The notes below the pieces were generated by a model that had not been told where the DNA came from, did not search any database, and saw only the letters and a program-made list of their open reading frames with translations. The position numbers were made by a program, and so were the translations under genes. Below are positions 28,034 through 38,350 of a stretch of DNA of 64,000 nucleotides, piece by piece. The stretch covers positions 832,001 to 896,000 of the forward strand of contig OZ245002.1 in NCBI GenBank assembly GCA_965223415.1, in the 5' to 3' direction. This DNA is from Myxococcota bacterium. GTDB taxonomy: Bacteria > Myxococcota_A > UBA9160 > UBA6930. Numbering within the stretch: position 1 is the stretch's first letter; each line of letters begins with the position of its first letter.

Positions 28034-30415
28034 CTAGCGGCGTTCGATGGAGCGGCGGAGCCAGTCGCCGATGTCGGGGTGGTCGAGGAGGCCGGCGGTC
28101 TCCAGGCGTCGGGCGCTGATGGCGCGGACGTCGGCCGGGGAGTCGGCGTCGAGGGCGAGGCGGGCGTCGGTGGCGGCGTCGCCCATGTCGAGGGCGCGCA
28201 CGATCTCCTTGACGACGGGGATGGCGCTGGCGACGCCGGAGAGCTCGCCGAGGCCCAGGCCGACGAGGATCGGCACGGCCAGGGGATCGCTGGCCATCTC
28301 TCCGCACAGCGAGATCGGGATGTCCGCGCGCGCGGCGGCCCGCACCGATCGGTCGATCAGGTTCAGCACCGCCGGGTGCAGCGAATCGTACAGGTGCGCC
28401 ACGCGCTCGTTGCCGCGATCGACAGCCAGGGTGTACTGGGTGAGATCGTTCGTCCCGATGCTGAAGAAGTCGCACTCCCGGGCGAGCACGTCGGCGGTCA
28501 CCGCGGCGGCGGGCACCTCGATCATGATGCCCACCGGCACCTCCTCGTCGAAGGCCGCGCCGCGCTCCCGCAGCTCCTGCTTCGTCTCCTCGACGAGCGC
28601 ATGGACCCGCTGGAGCTCCTGCACGTGGCTGACCATGGGGATCAGGATGCGCACGTTGCGGTAGGCGCTCGCCCGGAGGATCGCCCGCAGCTGCGCCCGG
28701 AAGCTCTCCACGTGGGACAGGGAGAGCCGGATCGAGCGCCAGCCGAGCTGCGGATTCTCCTCCCCCTCCAGCTCGAGGCCGGGGATCGCCTTGTCCCCGC
28801 CGAGATCGAGGGTGCGGATCGTGACCGGCCGCGGCGACATGGCGCGGGCCGCCCCCTCGTAGAGCTGCTCCTGCTCGTCCTCGCTCGGAAAGCCCCGGTG
28901 CACCAGGGCCAGGAGCTCCGTCCGGAAGAGCCCGACCCCCTCGGCGCCGTGCCGCTCGCACAGCCGCAGGTCCGAGAGCAGGCCGACGTTCGCGGTCAGG
29001 CGCACCCGGTGGCCGTCCCAGGTCTCTGCGGGGCGATCGGCGAGGGCGTCCAGGTGCTCGAGGGCGATCTGGGCCCGCTGCTGGGCCCGCTGGTACTCGG
29101 CGCGCAGGTGGTCGTCGGGAGAACGGAAGATGCGCCCGGTGTCGCCGTCGACGATCACCTCCTCGCCGGCGCGCACGGCCGCCAGCACGCCGGCCGCGCC
29201 GGTGACCGAGGGGATCTCCAGGGCGCGGGCGAAGATGGCGCCGTGGGAGGTCGGGCCGCCGTGCTCCGAGACGATTGCCGTCACCTTGTCCGTATCGAGC
29301 AGCGCGAAGTGGGCCGGCAGCAGGTTCGACGCGACCACCACCGAGCCCTCGCGCAGCGGCATCGCGTGGTGACGCAGACCGAGCAGGCGGGCGATCACAC
29401 GCTGCCCCACGTCCTGCACGTCGGTTCCGCGCTCCTGGAAGTAGGGGTCCTCGATCGACGCGAAGAGCTGCTCGTACTCGTCGAGCACCTGGCGAAGCGC
29501 CGCCAGGGCGCTTCCGGTGTTGCGCGCGCCCGCCTCGAGCTTCACCACGAAGCCCGTGTCCTCCAGCATCTGGATGTGGGTGTTGAAGACCGAGGCGAAG
29601 TCGGCCCCGAAACGCTCGCCCACGTCCTCGCGCAGAGCGTCGAGCTCGCGGCGGGCCTCGTCCAGGGCGCCGCGCAGGTCCGCCCACTCGGCGTCCGGGT
29701 CCGGGTTCGGCGTGTACTCGACACGATCGAGGTCCACGGTGTCGCCCAGGAAGTGCACCGGACCGATGGCGATGCCGCGAGAGGTGGGCATGCCGAGGAT
29801 CGGAGCGCCGCGCTCCTCCTCGCCGTCCTGCCCGCGCACGTGGAGGCCCGCCTCGTCGAGCTCCTCCACGATCCGCGCCCGCGCCTCGGCGTTCCCGGCG
29901 ACCAGCGCCAGGAGCTGGGAGTTCATCACGACCGGTGCGATCAGGCGTGCGGAGGTGTCGAGCAGCTCCAGGTCGTCGTCGGAGAAGGCGCGCTCCTGGC
30001 GGGTCTGCACGACGAGCACGCCGATCGTGAGCCCCCGATCGCTCTCGGCCCCGCGCACGACGAGCGGTGCCGCAGCGAGGGAGGCGAAGCGCTCCTCGCC
30101 GGTCTCCGGGAAATAGCGGTAGGCCGGGTGGTCCCGCGCGTCGGTGAAGGCCTCGGGCCGCCCCTGTCGCACCACGTGTCCCACCAGCCCTTCGCCGGGC
30201 GGCAGGCGCACGCGACCGACGGCCGTGCGGTCGAGACCGATCGTCGCCTGCAGCTGCATGTGACGCAGGTCCGTGTCGGTCAGGTAGACGGAGCAGGCGT
30301 CGGCGTCGAGACGCTTCGCCACCAGGTCGACGACGTTGTCCAGGGTCTCGCGCAGGTCGTGGGATCGCGAGACGATCCCGGCGACATCCGCCAGCAGGGT
30401 TTGCCGATCCGGAAT
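28034..30415 (-). CDS. ptsP: GAF-containing PEP-protein phosphotransferase (EI-Ntr)
   Basis: N-terminal GAF, GGPTSHGAI, GVGLFRTE, IRTLDLGGDK, FSIGTNDLTQY, LCGEMA; start placed at ATT 30415 (first canonical start GTG 30322). Confidence 0.93.
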   Translation of the reverse strand: MPDRQTLLADVAGIVSRSHDLRETLDNVVDLVAKRLDADACSVYLTDTDLRHMQLQATIGLDRTAVGRVRLPPGEGLVGHVVRQGRPEAFTDARDHPAYRYFPETGEERFASLAAAPLVVRGAESDRGLTIGVLVVQTRQERAFSDDDLELLDTSARLIAPVVMNSQLLALVAGNAEARARIVEELDEAGLHVRGQDGEEERGAPILGMPTSRGIAIGPVHFLGDTVDLDRVEYTPNPDPDAEWADLRGALDEARRELDALREDVGERFGADFASVFNTHIQMLEDTGFVVKLEAGARNTGSALAALRQVLDEYEQLFASIEDPYFQERGTDVQDVGQRVIARLLGLRHHAMPLREGSVVVASNLLPAHFALLDTDKVTAIVSEHGGPTSHGAIFARALEIPSVTGAAGVLAAVRAGEEVIVDGDTGRIFRSPDDHLRAEYQRAQQRAQIALEHLDALADRPAETWDGHRVRLTANVGLLSDLRLCERHGAEGVGLFRTELLALVHRGFPSEDEQEQLYEGAARAMSPRPVTIRTLDLGGDKAIPGLELEGEENPQLGWRSIRLSLSHVESFRAQLRAILRASAYRNVRILIPMVSHVQELQRVHALVEETKQELRERGAAFDEEVPVGIMIEVPAAAVTADVLARECDFFSIGTNDLTQYTLAVDRGNERVAHLYDSLHPAVLNLIDRSVRAAARADIPISLCGEMASDPLAVPILVGLGLGELSGVASAIPVVKEIVRALDMGDAATDARLALDADSPADVRAISARRLETAGLLDHPDIGDWLRRSIERR

Positions 30416-30479
30416 GAGCCACCCCCTCCGAGCCCCGTCGTAAGGAGGTGAAGGGTACCGGACCCCGGCCGCCGAAGGG

Positions 30480-30755
30480 CTAGTGGGTGCCGAAGGGCGA
30501 GCCGCTCGGGTCGAAGGGCGAAGGCTCGCGGCGCCTGGCGGGCGGGAAGACCTGATCCTTGTCCTCGAAGCGCATGCCGAGGGCCAGCAGGATCTTTCGC
30601 TTCGTGTCCATCCGGCAGTTCATGCCCTTCTCGACACTGTGGATGGTGCGCAGTGCGACCTTGGCCTTGCGGGCCAGCTGCGCCTGGGTCATCAGGCGAT
30701 TCTCCCGAAGCTCTCGAACCCGGTTGGGAAACTGTCCGCTGCTCTCGTCGTTCAC
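30480..30755 (-). CDS. Small XRE-family HTH regulator
   Basis: NRVRELRENRLMTQAQLARKAKVALRTIHSVEKG..CRMDTKRKILLALG; GTG 30755. Confidence 0.85.
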   Translation of the reverse strand: MNDESSGQFPNRVRELRENRLMTQAQLARKAKVALRTIHSVEKGMNCRMDTKRKILLALGMRFEDKDQVFPPARRREPSPFDPSGSPFGTH

Positions 30756-31014
30756 TCGCCGATCCCCGTTGAGGCTCCGCTGGCGCAGGTCGCCGAATGC
30801 TGCTCGTTTCGTCCCGGGGCGGGATTTCTTTAGGGAAAATCGAGGCTTGGGCAGGGCTGGCGATCCCCGGAGCCGCTCCAGAAGCGTTGGGTTCCCAGGG
30901 GGATGCGGGTCGAGACGCACGCCGCCCGCGCTCTGGTGATGCACGATCCCCCAGGGGATCGGCACCGCCGGGAGAGGCGGGGTTGCTACCGTCGCCCCGG
31001 GGAGTCGACCAGGC

Positions 31015-33681
31015 GTGCGTCGCTGGCTGATCGTGGGGTTCCTGGTCGCGATCTTCGCGGCGGCGGCGGCGCTCGGGTTCGCTGCCGCGTCGCGGCTCGC
31101 CCCGGTCTACCTCGAGGCGGCCTTGGAGGAGGGCCTCTCGGAGGCCCTCGCCACCCCGGTGCGGCTGGAGCGGACGGAGCTGCGCCGGGGCGAGAGCTGG
31201 CCCTTCCTGCGCCTCGAGATCCGGCGGGCCAGCGCCTGGCCGGGAGCCCGGGGACCGGGCCTCGCCGTGGAGAGGGTCCACGCCGAGGTGGACCTGCTCG
31301 CCTGGCTGCGAGGCCGCACCCCCGTCGATCGGGTCGTCCTGGAGGCGCCCTGGCTCCGGCTGCCGCCCGGGGGCGAGCGGCCGCCGGACCCCGCGGTGGC
31401 CGCGACGGATCTGGACCTCCTCCAGCAGCGGGTCGCGAGCCTGACCGGCGTCGGCGAGTGGCTGCGGGAGACGGTCTGTGAGCTGCCGGCGATCGACGTC
31501 CTCGGCGGGAGGCTGCAGGCGGCGGCGGCGCCGGGCGATCCCCCGGTGGAGCTCCGGGACATCCAAGGCTCTCTGGCCTGCGACGGCGGCGGCGGCCGGA
31601 TCGGTCTCAGCGCCGAGCCGCCGAGCGGCGGCCGCGTCGAGGTCCACGTGGACGTGGTCGGCGGCGAGGTCCGCGCCGAGGTTTCCCTCGACCGGGTCGA
31701 GGCAGCCGACTGGGCACCGCTCACCGCCCCGGCCCGCGCGAAGGGGCGGCTCAGCGGCCGGCTCGGCTGGCGGACGGCTCCCGGCGCCCCGCACCGGCTC
31801 GAGGCGGCCCTCCGCGGGCCCCGCCTGGGGATCCGGGTCGAGCCGGAGCGTGGCGAGCCCTGGCGGCTCGACCTGCCGGCGCCAGCCCTGCACCTCGAGC
31901 TGCGGGCGACCCGGGAGGCCCTCGAGCTGGTCCACGGCGAGTGGGACGACCGCGGGCTCACGGTCGGAGCGGACGGCCGGCTGGCGCTGCCGGTCCGCGA
32001 TGGCTCCGCGGTCCGCCTCGCCCTGGCGGCCCGGGACCTGGCCCTGGACGCCCCGTTGCGGGACCGGGTCGCCGAGCTCCCGCCGGAGGTCCGCGGGCCC
32101 CTCGAGTTCGTCCTCGGGCGGCTGGAGAGCGGGCGCTTGCCCCGGGTGCGCCTCGAGACCCGGACCACCGTGGGCGGCTGGAACGATCTCCTCTCGGGCC
32201 GGCTCTTCGCGCGTCCGGGCGCGGTCACCCTCGATCTCTCCCTCGAGGAGGCGACGCTCCGGGTCGGAGAGACGGACCGCATGGAGCAGGTGGCCGTCGA
32301 GGCGTCCTTCCGGGGCGACGTCCTGGAGCTGAAGGCGCTCGAGGCCCACTTCCGCGGGGACCCGCTGCCGGCGATCTCGGGCCGGGTGAGCGGGTTGTCC
32401 CACATCCGCTCGAGCGACGAGCTCCAATGCATCACCCCCTTCGACGTGCCGGCCCTCCCCGGCATCGCGTCCACCCGCGACTGGGTGCGGTCGCGCCGCG
32501 ACGAGCCCGACGCCTCGACCTGGCAGCGCTTCCGGCTCGAAGCGGACTGGCTCGCCCACCCCGCCCTCCTCTGCACCCTGGAGCAGCTGGTCGCCGAGAT
32601 CCGGCCCGCCCCGGGCGGGGTCGACCTCGATCTCGAGCGAGGCGTGTGGGCCGGCCTGCCCCTGGCGGCGCAGGTCGCCTTCCGCGAGGGCGCACCGGAC
32701 GCCTGGCACGACGGGCGCGTCCGCGTGGACGTGGAAGTCGGCCCTCCCTTCGAGCCCATGCAGCCCGCCGCGCCGCGCCGCGCCTGGCTTCGCGGCCGCC
32801 TCGACGCGGAGGCGACCCGGCTCGGCGATTGGCACATCCGCGGGGGCGAGGCGCGCTTCGCTGCCCGCGGCAGCCGCCTCTTCCTGGAAGGCGCCCGGAT
32901 CGAGCTGGCGCCCCGGGGCGAGGTGCGCGGCCGCGCCGAGCTGGAGCTCGGCCACGAGGGCCGCGTCCTCTACGACGGCGGCCTGGCCCTCGAGGGCATT
33001 CCCATCGCCGACCTGTGGCGCGCCGCCGACCTGGGCGACGTCGCCCTCACCGGCAGCCTGCACGGCGCCATCCACGTCGAAGGCGAGCTGCTGCGAGACC
33101 ACCCGCCCCTCGCCTCCGCCCGCGGCCACTACACCCTTCAGGCCCGCGACGGCACCCTCCACCGCAAGCTCCCGCTCATGCTCGCCATCACCGTCGCCAG
33201 CGATCGCTGGAACCCGTTCGGGAGCCGTGACCGCATCGCCTATGAAGCGATCGACCTCACGGGCACGGTTGCGGAGGGGAGCCTGCGCAGCGACGTCCTG
33301 ACCGTGGAGGCCCCGACCTTCCGGATGGGCGCATCGGGAGAGCTCGGAGTGGAGGGACCGCATCCCCTGCAGGGCGTGCTCGGGATCTTCTTCTTCCCCG
33401 CCCTCGACCGGGTGATCGACCGGCTTCCCCTGGTGAACCGGGTGCTCCTGGGGCGAAACCGCAACCTGGTCGGGGCGTACTTCGCACTGGACGGCGAGGC
33501 GGGCGATCCCCGCGCGCGTATCATCCCAGTGAAGTCGATCACGGCCGTCGGGCCGGCGAGCTTCGTACTGGAGGGGCTGCCGGGCTTCGTGTGGGGCGGC
33601 ATCCAGCGCATCCAGGCCGTGCTGGTTCCCCGAGCGGCGGACGGCCCGAAGGACCGCGCCGCGGAGAGACAGGACTCGTGA
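31015..33681 (+). CDS. AsmA-like envelope protein
   Basis: N-terminal TM, long beta-strand-rich body, C-terminal IDRLPLVNRVLLG...GDP segment. Confidence 0.7.
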   Translation: MRRWLIVGFLVAIFAAAAALGFAAASRLAPVYLEAALEEGLSEALATPVRLERTELRRGESWPFLRLEIRRASAWPGARGPGLAVERVHAEVDLLAWLRGRTPVDRVVLEAPWLRLPPGGERPPDPAVAATDLDLLQQRVASLTGVGEWLRETVCELPAIDVLGGRLQAAAAPGDPPVELRDIQGSLACDGGGGRIGLSAEPPSGGRVEVHVDVVGGEVRAEVSLDRVEAADWAPLTAPARAKGRLSGRLGWRTAPGAPHRLEAALRGPRLGIRVEPERGEPWRLDLPAPALHLELRATREALELVHGEWDDRGLTVGADGRLALPVRDGSAVRLALAARDLALDAPLRDRVAELPPEVRGPLEFVLGRLESGRLPRVRLETRTTVGGWNDLLSGRLFARPGAVTLDLSLEEATLRVGETDRMEQVAVEASFRGDVLELKALEAHFRGDPLPAISGRVSGLSHIRSSDELQCITPFDVPALPGIASTRDWVRSRRDEPDASTWQRFRLEADWLAHPALLCTLEQLVAEIRPAPGGVDLDLERGVWAGLPLAAQVAFREGAPDAWHDGRVRVDVEVGPPFEPMQPAAPRRAWLRGRLDAEATRLGDWHIRGGEARFAARGSRLFLEGARIELAPRGEVRGRAELELGHEGRVLYDGGLALEGIPIADLWRAADLGDVALTGSLHGAIHVEGELLRDHPPLASARGHYTLQARDGTLHRKLPLMLAITVASDRWNPFGSRDRIAYEAIDLTGTVAEGSLRSDVLTVEAPTFRMGASGELGVEGPHPLQGVLGIFFFPALDRVIDRLPLVNRVLLGRNRNLVGAYFALDGEAGDPRARIIPVKSITAVGPASFVLEGLPGFVWGGIQRIQAVLVPRAADGPKDRAAERQDS

Positions 33682-34202
33682 GCTCGCCTTCTGCGCGCAG
33701 CAAGATCCTCACCCGCCGTGCGGCCCAGGCCGCGGTGAAGCGTGCCCAGCGGCGGGGCGAGCGGGTGGTCTTCACGAGCGGCTGCTTCGACCTGCTGCAC
33801 GTGGGTCACGTGCGCAGCCTGGAGCAGGCGCGCGGCTTCGGCGATCGCCTGGTGGTCGCGATCAACAGCGACGCGTCGGTTCGCCGCTTCAAGGGGCCAG
33901 AGCGCCCGATCGTTCCCGCCCGGCAGCGGGCCGAGGTACTGGCCGCACTGGCCTGCGTCGACTGGGTGCTCGTCTTCGGCGGAGCGACGCCCAGGGCCAC
34001 CCTCGCCGCCCTCGCACCGGACGTCTACGCCAAGGGCGGTGACTGGCCCCTCGCCGTGCTGCGGGCCCAGGACCTCCCGCCGGGCTTCGCCGGCCAGGTG
34101 CGGAGGCTGCGGCAGGTGCCCGGCGCCCGCACCACCCGGATCGTGGAGCGCATCCTGGAGAAACGGCGAACGACTCCCAGGCGTCGTACCGTGCGGGAGT
34201 GA
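33678..34202 (+). CDS. rfaE2: Heptose-1-phosphate adenylyltransferase (HldE C-terminal domain)
   Basis: VFTSGCFDLLHVGH, AINSDASVRRFKGPERP, KGGDW; GTGA overlap. Confidence 0.88.
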   Translation: MSSPSARSKILTRRAAQAAVKRAQRRGERVVFTSGCFDLLHVGHVRSLEQARGFGDRLVVAINSDASVRRFKGPERPIVPARQRAEVLAALACVDWVLVFGGATPRATLAALAPDVYAKGGDWPLAVLRAQDLPPGFAGQVRRLRQVPGARTTRIVERILEKRRTTPRRRTVRE

Positions 34203-34242
34203 GCTCTTCGGGCGGGACGCTGGCTTGAACACACGAGACGTC

Positions 34243-35217
34243 ATGGACGGAGCCGAGGCCACGCTAAAGGCCCTGCGCGAGGAAGTCGCGCGGGTCCTGG
34301 TGGGCCAGGAGGGCCTGGTAGAGGGCCTCCTGATCGGGCTCCTCTCCGGCGGTCACGTGCTGGTCGAGGGCGTCCCCGGGCTCGCCAAGACCACCGCGGT
34401 GCGCACCCTGGCCCAGGTGCTCGGGCTGGGCTTCCGACGCATCCAGTTCACGCCGGACCTCCTGCCGAGCGATCTGGTGGGCACGCCGGTCTTCGTGCCC
34501 GACGAGCAGCGCTTCGAGGTGCGCAAGGGACCCGTCTTCTCGCCGGTGGTGCTGGCGGACGAGATCAACCGCGCCCCAGCCAAGGTGCAGTCGGCGCTCC
34601 TCGAGGCGATGGAGGAACGCCAGGTCACCATCGGCGACCAGACCTTTCCGCTGCCGGACCCCTTCCTGGTGATGGCCACCCAGAACCCGATCGACCTGGA
34701 GGGCACCTACGCGCTTCCGGAAGCCCAGGTCGACCGCTTCCTCCTGAAGCTGCAGGTTCGCTACCCGAACGCGGACGAGGAGCGGGAGATCGTCGCCCGC
34801 GACGGCGCCGACGCGCCGGAGGTGCGGGCGGTGGCGGACCCGGCCGAGATCCTGCGCCTGCGCGAGGCCGCGAGCCAGGTCCACGCCGCGGAGCCGGTCG
34901 TCGACTACGCCGTGCGGCTGGTGCGCGCGACCCGCGAGCCGGACCTGGCGGGCGCGGTGCTCGAGGCGCCGGAGAAGCGGGCGGCGACCGGTGCGGTCGC
35001 AGTGGGCGCCTCACCGCGCGCCTCGATCTTCCTGTCACGAGCCGCGCGGGCCCGCGCCCTGCTCGGGGGACGGCGCTACGTCACACCCCACGACGTGAAG
35101 CAGGTGGCGCCGGACGTGCTGCGCCACCGGCTGATCCTCTCCTACGAAGCCGAGGCGGACGGCGTGGACGTGGAAGAAGTGCTCCGCGCCCTACTCGCCG
35201 CGGTGGAGACGCCCTGA
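34243..35217 (+). CDS. moxR: MoxR-family AAA+ ATPase
   Basis: EGVPGLAKT, RIQFTPDLLPSD, LADEINRAPAKVQSALLEAMEE, ATQNPI..EGTY.LPEAQ.DRF. Confidence 0.95.
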   Translation: MDGAEATLKALREEVARVLVGQEGLVEGLLIGLLSGGHVLVEGVPGLAKTTAVRTLAQVLGLGFRRIQFTPDLLPSDLVGTPVFVPDEQRFEVRKGPVFSPVVLADEINRAPAKVQSALLEAMEERQVTIGDQTFPLPDPFLVMATQNPIDLEGTYALPEAQVDRFLLKLQVRYPNADEEREIVARDGADAPEVRAVADPAEILRLREAASQVHAAEPVVDYAVRLVRATREPDLAGAVLEAPEKRAATGAVAVGASPRASIFLSRAARARALLGGRRYVTPHDVKQVAPDVLRHRLILSYEAEADGVDVEEVLRALLAAVETP

Positions 35218-35220
35218 GCC

Positions 35221-36201
35221 GTGGCGACGCCCGCCCCGGTCGGCTTGGTCCACGCCCCCGGAAGCTGGACGGCGCAGGCCGGCGAGCTTTCCCGGGCGCC
35301 GCGCATCCTCGCCGTGCGCAGCCGGCGCGAGGTGAGCGGCGCCTTCGTCGGCGGCTACCAGAGCGCCTTCCGCGGGGTGGGCATCGAGTTCGAGGAGTCC
35401 CGGCCCTACGTCCCCGGCGACGACGTCCGCTTCCTCGACGCGGCGGTGATGGCGCGCACCGGCGTGCCCTACGTGAAGCGCTTCCGGGAGGAGCGCGACC
35501 AGACGGTCCACCTCGTGGTCGACGTCTCCGGCTCGATGGCCTTCGGCAGCGCCGGCCGGCCGAAGGGGGCGCTGGCCGCCCACGCCGCGGCACTGCTGGC
35601 CGTCGCGGCGCTTCGCGCCGGCGATCGGGTGGGCCTGTGGACCTTCGACGAGAAGGTGCGGAGCGAGCTTCCGCCCGCCCGCGGCGGACGCCAGGCCTGG
35701 CAGATCCTCGAGCGACTGGTCGCGGCCCCGGGAGACCTGGGCGGCGCCACGGGGCTGGCAGCGGCGCTGGCGCGGGTGCGCGGTGCAGCCCGGCGACGCG
35801 GCCTGGTCTTCGTGATCTCCGACTTCCGCGACGAGCGCTTCTTCGCGCCGGCCGGCCCGGGCGAGGCGCCGCCCCGGGCCGAGTGGGTCGGCCTGGCGCG
35901 GGAGCACGACCTGGTGGCGATCCTCGTGCACGACCCGCGGGAGGACGCCCTTCCGCGCGCCGGCACGATCCGCGTCGCCGACCCGGAGCGCCCGGGCCGC
36001 ACGCTCCTCCTCGCCACCGGGCGCAAGGCGGTCCGCGAGCGCTACCGCACTGCCAGCGAGGTGCGTCGCCGGGCGCTCGTCCGCCGGCTCCGGGGCGACG
36101 GCGCCAGCGTGCTCAGCCTGCGCGCGGACCGGGAGCCCCTGCGCGGCCTCGCCCGCTTCTTCGCCGAGCGCGCGCTGACCCGCGGGAGGGGCCGGCGATG
36201 A
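35221..36201 (+). CDS. DUF58 protein
   Basis: GIEFEESRPYVPGDDVR, DVSGSM, ISDF. Confidence 0.9.
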   Translation: MATPAPVGLVHAPGSWTAQAGELSRAPRILAVRSRREVSGAFVGGYQSAFRGVGIEFEESRPYVPGDDVRFLDAAVMARTGVPYVKRFREERDQTVHLVVDVSGSMAFGSAGRPKGALAAHAAALLAVAALRAGDRVGLWTFDEKVRSELPPARGGRQAWQILERLVAAPGDLGGATGLAAALARVRGAARRRGLVFVISDFRDERFFAPAGPGEAPPRAEWVGLAREHDLVAILVHDPREDALPRAGTIRVADPERPGRTLLLATGRKAVRERYRTASEVRRRALVRRLRGDGASVLSLRADREPLRGLARFFAERALTRGRGRR

Positions 36202-37286
36202 GGGTGGCTCCCGCCCTCGTCGCGGCAGCGCTCGGCGTGCCGCTGGCCTGCGCCGAGACGGTGCCGCCGGAGCGGCCGCCCGCCGTCTCCGGGCCGGCGG
36301 CCACCACGATCCTCGAGCCGCCGCGGCTCGAGATCGGCGAGACCGCCGCCATCGACGTCGCGGTGGCCGTGCCGCCGGGCGCGAAGGTCGGCCCCGTCGA
36401 GACGCCCCGCGAGACGCCGGGCCTGTGGGTGCTGGCCGTCTCCGGGCCCACGGTCGAGCGCACGCCGGAGCGCGAGGTCCACCGCACCCGCTTCCGCGTC
36501 CGTGCCAAGGAGACCGGCGACTTCGCGTGGCCGGCGAGCCGCGTCTCCATCGACCTCGCCAACGGCACCGAGCAGGTCCTCGACGTTCCCGCGCGCCCGT
36601 TCCGGGTGCACACGGTGGCCCACGACGTGCCGGACCAGCTGACCTTCTTCTCCTACCGCTCGCCGGCCTTGCTAGGCGAGGAGCGCGGCGGCGGTGGCGT
36701 GCTGCTCCCCGCCTTGGTCGGCGCCGCCCTGGCCCTCGCCGGCGTCGGGCTGGTGGGGTGGGTGCGGCGAGCGCGCCGTGTTCGCGACGCGCCCCCAGCG
36801 GAGCCCGCCCCGAGCCAGGTGCCCTGGCGCTCCGCCCAGGCGGCCCTCGCCGCGGCGGCGGAGGTGGCCGAGAGCGATCTCCCACGCGCTGCGGACATGG
36901 CCTCGGCAGCGCTCCGCGTGTTCGTCGACCACCGGTTCCACACGCGGACGACGCGGGCCACGAGCGAGGAGCTGCGGGCGAGCGAGGCGCCCTTCCTGCT
37001 GACCACGCGCTGGGAGCGGCTGCTCGAGCTCCTGGAACGCTTCGACGCCCTGCGCTTCCCGCCGCCGGCGGCCAACGGCGGCGCCGACCCCGGGCGGCTG
37101 CGCGCGGCGGTGGAGGACGCCCAGGCCTTCGTCCGGGACGCGACGCCGCGGGGAAACGCGATGCCCGCGTCGCCGGCGCCGGGCGATGCGGCGCCGTCCG
37201 AGCCAGCGGCTGCTCCGAGTGACGCGGAGCCGGCAGCCGTGCCGGGTGATACGACGCCGGCCGGGCCGCGGACCGACGACGGGTGA
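36198..37286 (+). CDS. Bat-operon accessory membrane protein
   Basis: ATGA overlap; signal peptide ending PLAC, beta-rich domain, TM, helical C-terminus, Pro/Ala-rich tail. Confidence 0.7.
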   Translation: MRVAPALVAAALGVPLACAETVPPERPPAVSGPAATTILEPPRLEIGETAAIDVAVAVPPGAKVGPVETPRETPGLWVLAVSGPTVERTPEREVHRTRFRVRAKETGDFAWPASRVSIDLANGTEQVLDVPARPFRVHTVAHDVPDQLTFFSYRSPALLGEERGGGGVLLPALVGAALALAGVGLVGWVRRARRVRDAPPAEPAPSQVPWRSAQAALAAAAEVAESDLPRAADMASAALRVFVDHRFHTRTTRATSEELRASEAPFLLTTRWERLLELLERFDALRFPPPAANGGADPGRLRAAVEDAQAFVRDATPRGNAMPASPAPGDAAPSEPAAAPSDAEPAAVPGDTTPAGPRTDDG

Positions 37287-38350
37287 GCGAGGCGCTGGCC
37301 GCGGCCGTGCGGGCCGCCACCGGCTCGCCGGTGGCGGGCTTCGCCGAGCCGACCTGGCTGTGGCTACTTCCCGTGGCGTGGGCCTGGCTCGCCGCCGTGC
37401 ACCTCGCCGGACGGCGGGCTGCGCTCGGCTGGCCGGCCACGACCGAGGCCCGGGCCGCGGGCGCCCGACGATTCGACGCCGTCGGGAGCTGCGTCGGCGC
37501 CCTGCGACTCGCTGCGGTGACGCTGCTGGCCCTGGTGCTCGCCCGGCCCATGGGCTCGGAGCAGGAGGTGAAGCTCCGCCACGACGGGCTCGACCTGGTG
37601 CTCGCCCTGGACGCCTCGGGCAGCATGCGCGCCCTCGACGCGGAAGGCGCCGGCGAGCCCCGCACGCGGCTCAGCCTCGCGAAGGAGGTGGTCGCCCGCT
37701 TCGCCGGCGAGCGCGTGGCCGAGGGGGACCGGGTCGCGCTGGTCGTGTTCGGCGATCGTGCCTTCACCCAGAGCCCCCTGTCGTCGGACGGAGCGCTGCT
37801 GGCCGCCGCCCTCGGCCGGGTGGAGGCGGGCATGGCCGGCGAGTCCACCGCCCTGGGCGACGCCCTCGGCCTCTCGGTGAAACGGGCGGGCCCGAAGCGC
37901 GAGGCCGCCGACGCCGAGGCCCTCGCCGGCCGGGTCGTCGTCCTCCTCACCGACGGGCGCTCGAACGCCGGCCAGGTGCCGCCGGAGATCGCCCTGGCCC
38001 TCGCCCGCGACCGCGGCGTGCGGGTGCACACGGTGGGCATCGGCGGGCAGGGACAGGTCGCCATGGCCGGGCGCCACGGCGGCCGTCGGCTCTCCCTCGA
38101 GCGGCACGATCTCGACGCCGCGACCCTCCAGCGCGTCGCGGAGCAAACCGGCGGGCGCTACTTCGCGGCCCGCAGCTCCGAGGACCTGGCGTCGGTGTAC
38201 GCGGAGATTGACCAGCTCGAGCGAGTCGAGCGCGAGGCCCCGCCGCGCCGATTGGGCGCGCCGGTGCCGGAGCCCCTCCTGGCTGCGGCGGGCGGCCTGC
38301 TCTTCGCCCAGCTGATGCTGGGTCGCGTGCTGGCGAGGCGGCTGCCATGA
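37283..38350 (+). CDS. batA: BatA-like VWA protein
   Basis: LARP, DASGSM MIDAS, TALGDAL, LLTDG.SNAG, TGGRYF. Confidence 0.85.
   Translation: MSEALAAAVRAATGSPVAGFAEPTWLWLLPVAWAWLAAVHLAGRRAALGWPATTEARAAGARRFDAVGSCVGALRLAAVTLLALVLARPMGSEQEVKLRHDGLDLVLALDASGSMRALDAEGAGEPRTRLSLAKEVVARFAGERVAEGDRVALVVFGDRAFTQSPLSSDGALLAAALGRVEAGMAGESTALGDALGLSVKRAGPKREAADAEALAGRVVVLLTDGRSNAGQVPPEIALALARDRGVRVHTVGIGGQGQVAMAGRHGGRRLSLERHDLDAATLQRVAEQTGGRYFAARSSEDLASVYAEIDQLERVEREAPPRRLGAPVPEPLLAAAGGLLFAQLMLGRVLARRLP

Noticed and set aside
30441..30451. 16S rRNA remnant, or a + strand gene behind TAAGGAGGTG
   Set aside because: Only about 11 nt match with no flanking rRNA similarity, and no suitably spaced start codon on +.
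30944..30961. 8-bp inverted repeat CGATCCCC-CA-GGGGATCG between the HTH and AsmA-like genes
   Set aside because: Single short GC-rich palindrome; insufficient evidence for an operator.
37160..37280. Pro/Ala-rich quasi-repeats at the end of the Bat accessory gene
   Set aside because: Low-complexity protein tail, not an exact DNA repeat.
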